In this document: positions 1 to 9,498 of the stretch, one piece after another | How the letters are laid out: each line of letters begins with the position of its first letter | Numbering within the stretch: position 1 is the stretch's first letter | Source: an uncultured Oscillospiraceae bacterium | GTDB taxonomy: Bacteria; Bacillota; Clostridia; Oscillospirales; Oscillospiraceae | Length of the DNA stretch: 54,347 bases | Reading direction: 5' to 3' | Assembly: GCA_944385425.1 (NCBI GenBank) | Contig: CALWXD010000146.1 | Span: forward strand, 1-54,347 | Notes under the pieces: model-generated | What the model saw: the letters and a program-made list of their open reading frames with translations, nothing else | Database searches by the model: none | What the model was told of the DNA's origin: nothing | Made by a program: the position numbers and the translations under genes

Positions 1-718
1 CCACCACGTCAAAGGGCGCGCCCTTCACGCTCTGGAGGGCGTGGTGCACCACGCCGGGGCCGGAGACGCCCACGTTGATGACGCACTCCCCCTCCCCCAC
101 GCCGTGGAAGGCGCCGGCCATAAAGGGGTTGTCCTCCACGGCGTTGCAGAACACCACCAGCTTGGCGCAGCCGAGGCCGTGGCTGTCCTCTGTCCGCTCC
201 GCCGTCCGCTTGATAATCCGTCCCATGAGGGCCACCGCGTCCATGTTGATCCCCGCCCGGGTGGAACCCACGTTCACCGAGGCGCAGACCAGCTCCGTGG
301 CCGCCAGGGCCTCGGGAATGGCGGCGATGAGCTTCTTGTCCCCGGTGGTAAAGCCCTTCTGCACCAGGGCGGAGAACCCTCCGATGAAGTTGACGCCGCA
401 GGTCCTGGCCGCCCGGTCCAGCGTCACGGCGAAGGGCGCATAGTCCTCCGTCCCGCAGGCCTCCGCCACCAGGGCCATAGGCGTGACGGAGATCCGTTTG
501 TTCACGATGGGGATGCCGAACTCCCCCTCGATGTCCTCGCCGGTTTTCACCAGCTTTTCCGCCTTTTTGCAGATCTTGTCGTAAATTTTATCGCAGCAGG
601 TTTTGGCGTCCGGGTGGGCGCAGTCCCGGAGGGAGATGCCCATGGTGATGGTGCGGATATCCAGGTGCTGCTTGTCGATCATCTCGATGGTCTCGAGGAT
701 GCTTTTTTGATTGAGCAT
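1..718 (-). CDS. UPF0210 (DUF711) family protein, partial; the N-terminus is at 718 and the C-terminus lies beyond the window start
   Basis: Minus-strand translation from the ATG at 718-716 reads [33 protein letters not shown]..., the characteristic UPF0210 N-terminus. The frame stays open to position 1. It is missing from the ORF track because no stop falls inside the window. It sits next to its usual ACT-domain partner. Confidence 0.7.
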   Translation of the reverse strand, partial: MLNQKSILETIEMIDKQHLDIRTITMGISLRDCAHPDAKTCCDKIYDKICKKAEKLVKTGEDIEGEFGIPIVNKRISVTPMALVAEACGTEDYAPFAVTLDRAARTCGVNFIGGFSALVQKGFTTGDKKLIAAIPEALAATELVCASVNVGSTRAGINMDAVALMGRIIKRTAERTEDSHGLGCAKLVVFCNAVEDNPFMAGAFHGVGEGECVINVGVSGPGVVHHALQSVKGAPFDVV

Positions 719-817
719 AGGAAAAGCCTCATTTCCTTCAAAGTAGCGGAGACGGCCGTCTCCGCGCGGCGCGGCGCCCGCGGACCGAGGGGGACAGCAT
801 CCCCTTCAGCGGTTTTT

Positions 818-1099
818 TTAGAGCTTGTGCATGGCGTCGAAGATGTCCTCCCGCTGGATGCGGATGGAGAGGCCCCGCTGGGCGCCGTAGTCCGCCAGCT
901 GCCGCGCCATCTCGTCAAAGCCAAGGCTGGCGTCGGTGACATCCACCACCATAGACATGGTGAAATAGCCCTGGAGCACCGTCTGGCTGATATCCAGGAT
1001 ATTCACGTTGTACATGGCAAGGCGGGTGCAGGTGCCGCCGATGATGCCGATGCTGTCCTTGCCCACAACCGTTACAATCGCCCGCTTCATCTGATCCAT
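818..1099 (-). CDS. ACT domain-containing protein (UPF0237 family)
   Basis: The 93 aa ORF MDQMKRAIVTVVGKDSIGIIGGTCTRLA... has an ACT fold signature. It forms the conserved gene pair with the UPF0210 gene directly downstream. Confidence 0.8.
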   Translation of the reverse strand: MDQMKRAIVTVVGKDSIGIIGGTCTRLAMYNVNILDISQTVLQGYFTMSMVVDVTDASLGFDEMARQLADYGAQRGLSIRIQREDIFDAMHKL

Positions 1100-1117
1100 T
1101 TTGTGTTTCTCCCTTCC

Positions 1118-1693
1118 TTATCCGTCCAGTTCGTCCAATGTCAAGCCAAACCCCTCCGCAAAGTGTTCCAAAAAATAGGCGACCTCCGGCAGCTCCATCT
1201 TCTTGAGGGCCGCCAGGGTCTCCTGGGCGGCGTTGGCAAACTCCCCGTTGCCCGCCTCCAGCTCCTCCAGGCATTTGATATAGGCCGCCAGCTTGTCCGC
1301 CGCCTTCACCAGGCGGTGGACCTCCCCCTCCGCGCCCCGGACCAGGGGGGCGTAGGCCCCCTGCATCTCCGGGGGGAGCATGGTGAGGAGCTTGTCCGCC
1401 GCCACGCTCTCCACCTGGCGGTAGGCGTCCCGGATGGCGGGGTTGTAGTACTTGATGGGGGTGGGGAGGTCCCCGGTGAAGATCTCCGTGGCGTCGTGGA
1501 ACAATGCCGCCGCCGCGCAGGCGTTGGGGTCGCAGTCCCCGCCGAACACGTCCCGGCGGATCACCGCCAGGGCGTGGGAGAGCACCGCCACCATGTGGCT
1601 GTGCTCCTGGATGTTCTCTGTCACGCTGTTGCGCATGAGGGACCAGCGGTCGATGTACTTCATCCGGGAGATATAGGCAAAAAAGTTATACAT
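1118..1693 (-). CDS. yfbR: HD-domain 5'-deoxynucleotidase (YfbR-like)
   Basis: The in-frame segment MYNFFAYISRMKYIDRWSLMRNSVTENIQEHSHMVAVLSHAL...HDATEIFTGDLPTPIKYY carries the HD motif. The ATG at 1693-1691 was chosen over the upstream GC-rich extension in the track ORF (1118..1855). Confidence 0.8.
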   Translation of the reverse strand: MYNFFAYISRMKYIDRWSLMRNSVTENIQEHSHMVAVLSHALAVIRRDVFGGDCDPNACAAAALFHDATEIFTGDLPTPIKYYNPAIRDAYRQVESVAADKLLTMLPPEMQGAYAPLVRGAEGEVHRLVKAADKLAAYIKCLEELEAGNGEFANAAQETLAALKKMELPEVAYFLEHFAEGFGLTLDELDG

Positions 1694-2993
1694 CCCTCTC
1701 TCCTTCCTCCGCCCGCTCCCCCAGGAGGATATCCCCCTCAACGGCGGTGAGGCGGACGGGAACGGTGCGGTTGTGGAGATCCTCGCCTGGCATCTCCACA
1801 ACCATATAGCTGGGGGCGTGGCCCCGCCAGCGGCCCGGCGCCCCCGGCTCCTCAAAGAGCACCGGCACCGTGCGCCCCACCTGGCGCAGGAGATAGTCCC
1901 GGTGGAGCTCCGCGGCGGCGGCGGCGGCCCGGGCCGCCCGCTCCTCCTTCACCGCCATGTCCACCTGCTCCATCCCAGCCGCCGGGGTGCCGGGGCGGAC
2001 GGAGTAGGGGAAGATGTGCATCTGGGCAAAGCCGCAGCGGCGGAGGAAGGCCAGGGTCGTTTCAAATTCCGCCTCCGTCTCCCCGGGGAACCCCACGATC
2101 AGGTCGGTGGTGATGGCGGGGTCGTCAAAATACCGCCGCAGCAGCGTCACACTCTCCAAAAACCGGGCGGTGTCATACCTCCGGTTCATCCGCCGGAGGG
2201 TCTCGTCGCAGCCGGACTGGGGGGACAGGTGGAACTGGGGGCAGAGGCCGGGGAGGGCCGCCGCCCGGCGGCAGAAGTCCTCCGTAACGGTCCGGGGCTC
2301 CAGGCTCCCCAGCCTGAGGCGCATGTCCCCCCCGGCGGCGCTCACCGCCTCCAGAAGGTCGATGAGCGTCGACCCATCCTTCAGATCCTGGCCCCAGGAG
2401 GAGATCTCGATGCCGGTGAGGACGATCTCCCGGTACCCCTCCGCCGCCAGCCGCCCCGTCTCCTCCGCCGCCCGGGGGATGGGGAGGGACCGGACGCGGC
2501 CCCGGGCGTAGGGGATGATGCAGTAGGAGCAGAAATTCACGCACCCGTCCTCCACCTTCAGCATGGCCCGGGTCCGCCCCTCCAGCCCCCCGGCGGGGAG
2601 CGTCTCAAACTGCCGGCGGGAAAAAACGTCGTCCACGGCGGCCGCGGGGCGGCGGCTGCGCCACACCTCCTCCAGCAGCTCCACAAACCCCCGCCGGTCC
2701 CCGGTGCCCGCCACCAGGTCCACCGGCAGCTTTTCCGCCTCCTTGGGGTGGGTCTGGGCGTAGCAGCCGCACAGGGCCACAATGGCCCCGGGGGACTGCT
2801 TTCTGGCCCGGCGGATCATCTGCCGGGATTTTTTGTCGCTGACGGCGGTGACGGTGCAGCTGTTGACCACATAGGCGTCCGCCGCCTGGGTGAAGGGTAC
2901 GATGGTGTGGCCCCGCTCCGCCAGCAGCTGCTCCAGGGCCTGGGTCTCATACTGGTTGACCTTGCAGCCCAGGGTATAGAATGCGATTTTCAG
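1686..2993 (-). CDS. mtaB: tRNA methylthiotransferase, MtaB/MiaB-like radical SAM enzyme
   Basis: The N-terminal family consensus ...KIAFYTLGCKVNQYETQ continues in-frame upstream of the track ORF start at 2870. The radical-SAM motif CSYCIIPYARG is present, and a TRAM-like C-terminus follows. There is no in-frame ATG. The proposed start is CTG at 2993-2991, 7 nt after an AAGGGGGG SD. The stop overlaps the yfbR start by 8 nt. Confidence 0.75.
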   Translation of the reverse strand: MKIAFYTLGCKVNQYETQALEQLLAERGHTIVPFTQAADAYVVNSCTVTAVSDKKSRQMIRRARKQSPGAIVALCGCYAQTHPKEAEKLPVDLVAGTGDRRGFVELLEEVWRSRRPAAAVDDVFSRRQFETLPAGGLEGRTRAMLKVEDGCVNFCSYCIIPYARGRVRSLPIPRAAEETGRLAAEGYREIVLTGIEISSWGQDLKDGSTLIDLLEAVSAAGGDMRLRLGSLEPRTVTEDFCRRAAALPGLCPQFHLSPQSGCDETLRRMNRRYDTARFLESVTLLRRYFDDPAITTDLIVGFPGETEAEFETTLAFLRRCGFAQMHIFPYSVRPGTPAAGMEQVDMAVKEERAARAAAAAAELHRDYLLRQVGRTVPVLFEEPGAPGRWRGHAPSYMVVEMPGEDLHNRTVPVRLTAVEGDILLGERAEEGERDV

Positions 2994-3165
2994 CAGTGAG
3001 CCCCCCTTGCCTTTTCCTGATACAGTGGATATAATAAAAGAAACTGTACGCCGCCGGGTCTGCCCGGCAGCTCATGTTGCTGGTATTATATAATGTTTTT
3101 TTCGCCGTGGCAAGGGCCTCTTCCCGCTGTCCCGCCGCGGCGTCTGGCGAGAAAGGAGCGTTCCT

Positions 3166-3705
3166 ATGCCCTCCCCGGTTTCCTTCCGTTTCGCCGTGCC
3201 CGACGACGCGGCGCTGATCCTCCGTTTCATCCGTGATCTGGCGACCTATGAGCGCATGGCGGACCAGGTTGTGGCCACGGAGGACCTGCTCCGGGAGTGG
3301 ATCTTTGAAAAGAAAAAGGCGGAGGTCCTCTTCGCCGTTGCGGAGGGGCGGGAGGTTGGGTTCGCCCTGTTCTTCCACAACTTCTCCACCTTCCTGGGCC
3401 GGGCGGGCCTCTATCTGGAGGATCTGTTCGTCCTGCCGGAGCACCGGGGAAAGGGCTATGGCACTGCCCTGCTCAAAAAGCTGGCCGCCCTGGCGGTGGA
3501 GCGGGGCTGCGGGCGCATGGAGTGGTGGTGCCTGGACTGGAACAAGCCCAGCATCGCCCTGTACCGCGCCCTGGGCGCCCAGCCTATGGAGGAGTGGACC
3601 ACCTATCGTCTCACCGGTGAGGCGCTGCAGCGTCTGGCGGCACCGGACGTCGGGAGCGAGGGCGCCCCACCTGCGCCGGAGGGACGTACCCTTCCTATTA
3701 CATGA
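3166..3705 (+). CDS. GNAT family N-acetyltransferase
   Basis: 179 aa. It carries the acetyl-CoA binding motif (LPEHRGKGYGTALL) and an SD GAGAAAGGAG upstream. Confidence 0.75.
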   Translation: MPSPVSFRFAVPDDAALILRFIRDLATYERMADQVVATEDLLREWIFEKKKAEVLFAVAEGREVGFALFFHNFSTFLGRAGLYLEDLFVLPEHRGKGYGTALLKKLAALAVERGCGRMEWWCLDWNKPSIALYRALGAQPMEEWTTYRLTGEALQRLAAPDVGSEGAPPAPEGRTLPIT

Positions 3706-4850
3706 GAGGAGCCTATCAACAAATGCACTATCTGGACTACGCCGCCACCGCCCCGGTGCCCCGGGCGGTGGCGGAAACCATGCTGCGGGTTTTGACGGAG
3801 GACTTCGGCAACCCCTCCTCCCAGTACGACCTGGGCCGCCGGGCCCAAAAGCGGCTGGAGGCGGACCGGGCGGCGGTGGCGGCGGCCCTGGGCTGCGAGC
3901 CCGGCCAGCTCTATTTCACCTCCGGCGGTACGGAGGGGGACAACTGGGCCATCCGCGCCGCCCTGTGGCAGAACCGGCGGGTGGGAAAGCACATCGTCAC
4001 CACCGCCGTGGAGCACAGCGCCGTGCTGGAGACCATGAAGGCCCTGGAGGGGGAGGGATATTCTGTCACCTACCTTCGGCCTAACGGGGAGAACCGCATC
4101 ACCGCCCAGGCGGTGCTCGCGGCGGTCCGGGAGGACACGGCCCTGGTCTCCATGATGCTGGTGAACAACGAGACCGGCACCCGCTACCCGGTGGAGGAGG
4201 TGGCGGCGGCCCTGCGGGGTGGGAGCGTCCTGCTCCACACCGACGCAGTGCAGGCCTTTTTGAAGGTCCCCTTCACCGCCGGGAGCCTGGGGGCGGACCT
4301 CATCACCCTCTCCGCCCACAAGCTGGGGGGGCCAAAGGGCTGCGGCGCGCTGTACGCCGGAGCCCGGATGAAGAGCCTCCGCCCCCTGCTCTTCGGCGGC
4401 GGGCAGGAACGCCGCGCCCGCCCCGGCACCGAGGCCACCGCCCAGATCGCCGGCTTTGCCGCCGCCGTGTCCCTCTGGCGGGCGAGGCTGGAGGAGAACC
4501 GGGCCCACCTGGCCGCCTGCCGGGACTACGCCAGGGAGCGGCTTTTGGAGATCCCCGGCCTCCAGGTGGTGGGCGCGCCGGACGCGCCCCACATCCTCTC
4601 CGTCTCCCTGTCGGGCTACCCCAGCCAGAACATTGTGACGGACCTTGGCGGCCAGGGCATCTGCCTCTCCGCCGGGTCCGCCTGCCACAAGGGCCGGCTG
4701 AGCCATGTGCTCACCGCCATGGGGCTCCCGAAAAAGACTGCCGCCGGCACCGTCCGGCTGAGCTTTGGGCCGGACACCGCCTTCGCGGACATTGACGCGG
4801 CGGTCCAGGCCCTGTCCGTCCATCAGGCCAGCCGTTTCCCCATGCTGTGA
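3702..4850 (+). CDS. cysteine desulfurase (class V aminotransferase, NifS/IscS-like)
   Basis: The sequence LDYAATAP...SGGTEGDNWAIRAA...SAHKLGGPKGCGALY shows the NifS architecture, including the PLP-binding lysine region. The ATG at 3702 overlaps the GNAT stop (ATGA coupling). Confidence 0.8.
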   Translation: MRGAYQQMHYLDYAATAPVPRAVAETMLRVLTEDFGNPSSQYDLGRRAQKRLEADRAAVAAALGCEPGQLYFTSGGTEGDNWAIRAALWQNRRVGKHIVTTAVEHSAVLETMKALEGEGYSVTYLRPNGENRITAQAVLAAVREDTALVSMMLVNNETGTRYPVEEVAAALRGGSVLLHTDAVQAFLKVPFTAGSLGADLITLSAHKLGGPKGCGALYAGARMKSLRPLLFGGGQERRARPGTEATAQIAGFAAAVSLWRARLEENRAHLAACRDYARERLLEIPGLQVVGAPDAPHILSVSLSGYPSQNIVTDLGGQGICLSAGSACHKGRLSHVLTAMGLPKKTAAGTVRLSFGPDTAFADIDAAVQALSVHQASRFPML

Positions 4851-4894
4851 TCCCCCGTTTCCCCACCCTAACGCCAAAAAGGAGCAACTGCGCC

Positions 4895-6283
4895 ATGCGA
4901 AACTACCTGCGCCGGGAGCCCGGCTTTTACCGCCACCTGCGGCTGCTGGCCGCCCCCATCGTGCTGCAAAACCTCATCACCACCTCCCTGGGCTTTATGG
5001 ACACCTTCATGGTGGGCATGCTGGGCAACGCCGAGATGGCCGCGGTGAACGCCGCCAACACCCCCATCTTCATCATCCAGATGGTGATCTTCGGCTTTCA
5101 AAGCGGCATGAATGTGCTGGTGAGCCAGTACTGGGGCAAGCAGGACCGGAGGCAGATCAACCGGGTGCTGGGGGTGGCCCTGTTCACCGTCACGGTCTTT
5201 TCCGTCACGGTGGCCCTGCTGCTCTTCGCCTTCCCCCGGGAGGTGCTCCGCCTGGTCACCCCCAACGAGACCCTTGTGGGCCTGGGGGCGCCCTACCTCC
5301 AGATCGTGGGGTTCTCCTACATCTTCAACGGCATCAGCAGCGTCTACACCGGCGCCCAGCGGAGCATGGAGAACCCCCGCCTCGGCATGCAGATCATGGG
5401 CGTCTCCATGGTCACCAACACCTTCCTCAACTACTGCCTCATCTTCGGCCGGTTCGGCCTGCCCCGGCTGGAGGTGGCCGGCGCCGCCATCGCCACCCTA
5501 ATCTCCCGGGTGATCGAGTGCGCCATCGCGGCGGCGGTGGCCCTGCGCAGCCGCCTGCTCCCCCTGGACTGGGGCTGCCTCCTCCGCCCGGGGCGGGAGA
5601 TCTCCCGCAGCTTTCTGAAGTACTCCGCCCCCGTGGTGGGCAACGACGCGCTGTGGAGCTGCGGCACCTCCATGCTGACAGTGGTGCTGGGCCACATGGA
5701 GAACAGCCAGGACATGCTGGCGGCCAACGCCCTGGTGGGCTATATCGACAAGTTTGCCGCCGTGGTCTGCCTGGGCCTGGCCTCCGCGGCGGCGGTGATG
5801 GTGGGCAAGGCCATCGGCGAGGGGCAGCGCCGGGAGGCGGTGCGCACCCTGGGCGGCTCCCTGCTGGCGGTATCCACCCTGCTGGGGCTGATTTCGGGGC
5901 TACTGCTGCTCCTGCTCACCCCCCTTTTCTTCCGCCCCCTCCTCTTCCCTCTCTTCCAGCTCACGGAGGGCGCCACCTACGCCGCCACCTGCATGGTCTG
6001 CCTCATGGGGGCCTGCATGGCCTTTCGGACCCTGGCCCTGGTGGCCATCACCGGGATCTTCCGGGGCGGCGGCGACGTGCGCACCGCCACCATCATCGAC
6101 CTCATCCCCCTGTGGTGCGTGTCCATCCCCCTGGCGGCCCTGTTTGCCCTGGCGCTGCGGCTGGACGTGTTCTGGACCTGCTTTGCCATCTACGGGGAGA
6201 ACCTGGTGAAGGCCCCCCTGTGCCTGTGGCGGTTCCGGGGGGAGCGGTGGATCAACGACGTGACAAAGGCGAAGGAGCGCTGA
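4895..6283 (+). CDS. MATE family efflux transporter
   Basis: 12-TM MATE signature (LLAAPIVLQNLITTSLGFMDTFMVGMLG...). The ATG at 4895 is preceded by AAAGGAG. The upstream track extension is a TTG-initiated artefact. Confidence 0.85.
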   Translation: MRNYLRREPGFYRHLRLLAAPIVLQNLITTSLGFMDTFMVGMLGNAEMAAVNAANTPIFIIQMVIFGFQSGMNVLVSQYWGKQDRRQINRVLGVALFTVTVFSVTVALLLFAFPREVLRLVTPNETLVGLGAPYLQIVGFSYIFNGISSVYTGAQRSMENPRLGMQIMGVSMVTNTFLNYCLIFGRFGLPRLEVAGAAIATLISRVIECAIAAAVALRSRLLPLDWGCLLRPGREISRSFLKYSAPVVGNDALWSCGTSMLTVVLGHMENSQDMLAANALVGYIDKFAAVVCLGLASAAAVMVGKAIGEGQRREAVRTLGGSLLAVSTLLGLISGLLLLLLTPLFFRPLLFPLFQLTEGATYAATCMVCLMGACMAFRTLALVAITGIFRGGGDVRTATIIDLIPLWCVSIPLAALFALALRLDVFWTCFAIYGENLVKAPLCLWRFRGERWINDVTKAKER

Positions 6284-6296
6284 AACCAGCACATAA

Positions 6297-6331
6297 GGGG
6301 CCCGGGCGCTGTTCGCCCGGGCCCCTTTTTT
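6297..6331 (+). terminator. rho-independent terminator after the MATE gene; it may also serve the convergent gdhA
   Basis: GGGGCCCGGGCG-ctgtt-CGCCCGGGCCCC followed by TTTTTT. Confidence 0.7.
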
Positions 6332-6344
6332 GATCTTCCGCCGC

Positions 6345-7691
6345 TCAATACAGCCCCTCGGAGAGCATGGCCTCCGCCACCTTGACAAAGCCCGCCACAT
6401 TGGCCCCGGTGATCAAATCCCCGGGCCGGCCGCAGCCGGCGGCGGCCTCCTGGGAGATCTGGAAGATATGGACCATGATGTCCCGCAGCTTTTCCTCCAC
6501 CTGCTCAAAGGACCAGCTGGCGCGCATGGCGTTCTGGCTCATCTCCAGGCCGCTGGCCGCCACGCCGCCGGCGTTGGCCGCCTTGGCCGGGGCAAAGAGC
6601 ACCCGGTGCTCCTGGAAGTAGGCCGCCGCCTCGGCGGTGCAGGGCATATTGGCCCCCTCCCCCACGGCGATGACGCCGTTGTCCACCAGGGTGCGGGCGG
6701 CGGCGAGGTCCAGCTCGTTCTGGGTGGCGCAGGGCAGGGCGATGGCGCAGGGCACCGACCAGATCCCCCGGCAGCCCTCCACATACCGGCTGCCGGGGAC
6801 CCGTCGGGCGTAGTCGCTGATGCGGCCCCGCTCCTCCTCCTTGATGGCCTTCACCACGTCCAGCTGGATGCCGTTTTCATCCAGGATATAGCCACCGGAG
6901 TCGGACATGGCCACCACCCGTCCCCCCAGCCGCGTGGCCTTCTCCACGGCGTAGATGGCCACGTTGCCAGAGCCGGACACCACCAGCGTCTTGCCGAACA
7001 CCGTCTCGTGGCCCAGGCAGCGGAGCATCTCCTCTACAAAGTAGATGAGGCCGTAGCCCGTGGCCTCCTTGCGGGTGAGGCTGCCGCCGTAGTGGAGGCC
7101 CTTGCCGGTGAGGACGCCGGTGAAGTTGTTGCACAGCCGCTTGTACTGGCCGAAGAGATAGCCGATCTCCCGGCCGCCCACGCCGATATCCCCGGCGGGC
7201 ACGTCGCAGTTGGCGCCGATGTGGCGGTGGAGCTCGGTCATAAAGGCCTTGCAGAACCGCATCACCTCCCCGTCGCTGCGCCCCTTGGGGTCAAAGTCCG
7301 CGCCGCCCTTGGCCCCGCCCAGGGACAGGGAGGTGAGGCTGTTCTTGAAGATCTGCTCAAAGCCCAGGAACTTGATGATGGAGGCGTTCACCGACGGGTG
7401 GAACCGCAGCCCGCCCTTATAGGGTCCGATGGCGGAGCTGAACTGCACCCGGTAGCCCCGGTTCACATGGACCCTGCCCCGGTCGTCCTCCCAGGTCACC
7501 CGGAAGGTCACCATCCGCTCCGGCTCCACCAGCCGCTCCATGATGCCGTGGGCCTCCAGCTCCGGGTGGCGCTCCACATAGGGCTCCAGGGACAAAAACA
7601 CCTCCAGCACCGCCTGGAGGAACTCCGTCTCCCCCCGGTTGCGCTCCGCCGTGCCCTGGTAGACCTCCTTCAGATACCTGTTGCGCAGCAT
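6345..7691 (-). CDS. gdhA: NADP-specific glutamate dehydrogenase
   Basis: 448 aa with GDH hallmarks (KGGLRFHPSVN, GGAKGG, GSGNVA Rossmann). Confidence 0.9.
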   Translation of the reverse strand: MLRNRYLKEVYQGTAERNRGETEFLQAVLEVFLSLEPYVERHPELEAHGIMERLVEPERMVTFRVTWEDDRGRVHVNRGYRVQFSSAIGPYKGGLRFHPSVNASIIKFLGFEQIFKNSLTSLSLGGAKGGADFDPKGRSDGEVMRFCKAFMTELHRHIGANCDVPAGDIGVGGREIGYLFGQYKRLCNNFTGVLTGKGLHYGGSLTRKEATGYGLIYFVEEMLRCLGHETVFGKTLVVSGSGNVAIYAVEKATRLGGRVVAMSDSGGYILDENGIQLDVVKAIKEEERGRISDYARRVPGSRYVEGCRGIWSVPCAIALPCATQNELDLAAARTLVDNGVIAVGEGANMPCTAEAAAYFQEHRVLFAPAKAANAGGVAASGLEMSQNAMRASWSFEQVEEKLRDIMVHIFQISQEAAAGCGRPGDLITGANVAGFVKVAEAMLSEGLY

Positions 7692-7937
7692 GTGCTCCCT
7701 CCGTTCGTCTTTATATTAAATACATTTGTCTTTAATATGGAAACAGTATACCACAGCCGCAGTCCCCGCCGCAATGGGCAGATCGCTCAAAAAATACATG
7801 GTATACAGGAAAATCTCTGTATAGCTTTGCGCGATTCCCGTCCCGCTATCCGCCCTTCCGCCCCATTGGCAGGAAACATTCTCCAGACATAGCGGCGCCT
7901 TGGCGCGGCATGCTATGGGGGATAAGGAGGGATTTTG

Positions 7938-9320
7938 ATGAGACGATTCCGTATGCCGACGGCATATACCATTCTCTTTTTCCTGCTGGTGGCGGTGGCG
8001 GCGGCCACCTGGCTGATCCCCGCGGGCCGGTACGAGCGCGCCGGGGAGGACCAGGCCCCGGTGGCGGGGACCTACGCCCCCGCGGAGCCCAATCCCCAGG
8101 GGGCCGGCGACGTGGTCCTGGCGCCCTTCCGGGGCTTTTTTGATGCGGCGGATGTGGCGCTGTTCATTTTGATGGTGGGGGGCTTTCTGGGGGTCATGAT
8201 GAAGACCGGCGCCATCGACGCCGGCATCGCCGGCATTATCCGCCGCCTCCAGGGCCGGGAGCTGCTGCTGATCCCCATTCTGATGGCCTTCTTCGGCCTG
8301 GGGGGCACCTCCTTCGGCATGTGGGAGGAGACCATGGCCTTCTTCCCGCTGCTGATCCCGGTGTTTGTGGCGGCGGGGTATGACGCGGTGACCGCCATCG
8401 CCGTGATCCTCCTGGGGGCGGGGGCCGGCGTCATGGCCGGGACGGTGAACCCCTTCGCCACCGGCATCGCCTCCGGCTTTGCCGGCGTGTCTCTGGGGGA
8501 GGGCATCGGCCTACGGCTGCTGCTGCTGGCGGTGTTTGAGGGGGCGGCCATCTGGTATGTCATGGCCTACGCCCGGCGGATCAAGGCCCACCCGGAGCGG
8601 TCCCTGGCGGCGGGACGGGAGGGGCGGTTCCACCCCGCGGAGCAGCCCCCCGCCCTCACCGGGCGGCGCAGGGCGGCCCTGGGCCTCTTCGCCCTGGTCT
8701 TTCTCGTGATGATCTACGCCGTGATCCCCTTTGGGGAGATGGGCCTCCCCCTGCCCTCCCTGGGCTGGTGGTTCCCGGAGCTCAGCGCCCTGTTTCTGGT
8801 CAGCGGCATCCTCATCGGCCTCATCTACGGCCTGGGGGAGGAGGAGACCGCCGACGCCTTTGTGTCCGGGGCGGCGGAGCTCCTCGGCGTGGCCTTTATC
8901 ATCGGCATCAGCCGGGGCATCACCGTGCTGATGAACGACGGCGCCATCACCGACACCATCCTCCACTGGGGGGAGGAGGCCCTCAGCGGCGCGGGGCACA
9001 CGGTCTTTGTCCTGCTGGTGTTCCTGCTCTATCTCCCCCTGTCCATTCTGATCCCCTCCTCCTCGGGCCTTGCCACGCTGTCCATCCCCATCCTGGCGCC
9101 GCTGGGCCAGTTCGCCGGCGTGGACAAGGCGCTGATCGTTACCGCCTTCCAGGCGGCCTCCGGCCTTGTGAACATCGTCACCCCCACGGCGGCCGTCGTG
9201 ATGGGCGGCCTGGCCTTCGGCCGTATCCCCTACGACCGCTGGATCCGCTTTGTATGGAAACTTATGCTAATTTTGCTTTTGCTCACCGCCGGATTTTTGG
9301 CGGTATCCGCAATATTCTAG
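7938..9320 (+). CDS. YfcC family (DcuC-like C4-dicarboxylate anaerobic carrier superfamily) membrane transporter
   Basis: Polytopic membrane protein with the YfcC-type N-terminus MRRFRMPTAYTILFFLLV. The ATG at 7938 lies 6 nt after TAAGGAGGG. The track start at 7935 is a TTG codon. Confidence 0.8.
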   Translation: MRRFRMPTAYTILFFLLVAVAAATWLIPAGRYERAGEDQAPVAGTYAPAEPNPQGAGDVVLAPFRGFFDAADVALFILMVGGFLGVMMKTGAIDAGIAGIIRRLQGRELLLIPILMAFFGLGGTSFGMWEETMAFFPLLIPVFVAAGYDAVTAIAVILLGAGAGVMAGTVNPFATGIASGFAGVSLGEGIGLRLLLLAVFEGAAIWYVMAYARRIKAHPERSLAAGREGRFHPAEQPPALTGRRRAALGLFALVFLVMIYAVIPFGEMGLPLPSLGWWFPELSALFLVSGILIGLIYGLGEEETADAFVSGAAELLGVAFIIGISRGITVLMNDGAITDTILHWGEEALSGAGHTVFVLLVFLLYLPLSILIPSSSGLATLSIPILAPLGQFAGVDKALIVTAFQAASGLVNIVTPTAAVVMGGLAFGRIPYDRWIRFVWKLMLILLLLTAGFLAVSAIF

Positions 9321-9498
9321 GGAATCCCGGTGTGGTATACTGATAAAAATAAAAACCAGGCGACAGGCGGCGCTGCCGCCGGGCCGCCGCTGTCCCGCCC
9401 CGCCGGGCGGCCGGCGGCAGCCGCAGAAATTCTCCATTCTCCGGGGATGTCCCGCCTGGATCGACGCCGCGGGCCGCGGCGGAATGGGGGGGTATACC

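Noticed and set aside
41-1750. 569 aa ORF on the plus strand
   Set aside because: It is antisense to three recognisable minus-strand genes (UPF0210, ACT, yfbR). The translation is Gly/Arg/His-rich low-complexity sequence.
6330-7892. 520 aa plus-strand ORF
   Set aside because: It is antisense to gdhA.
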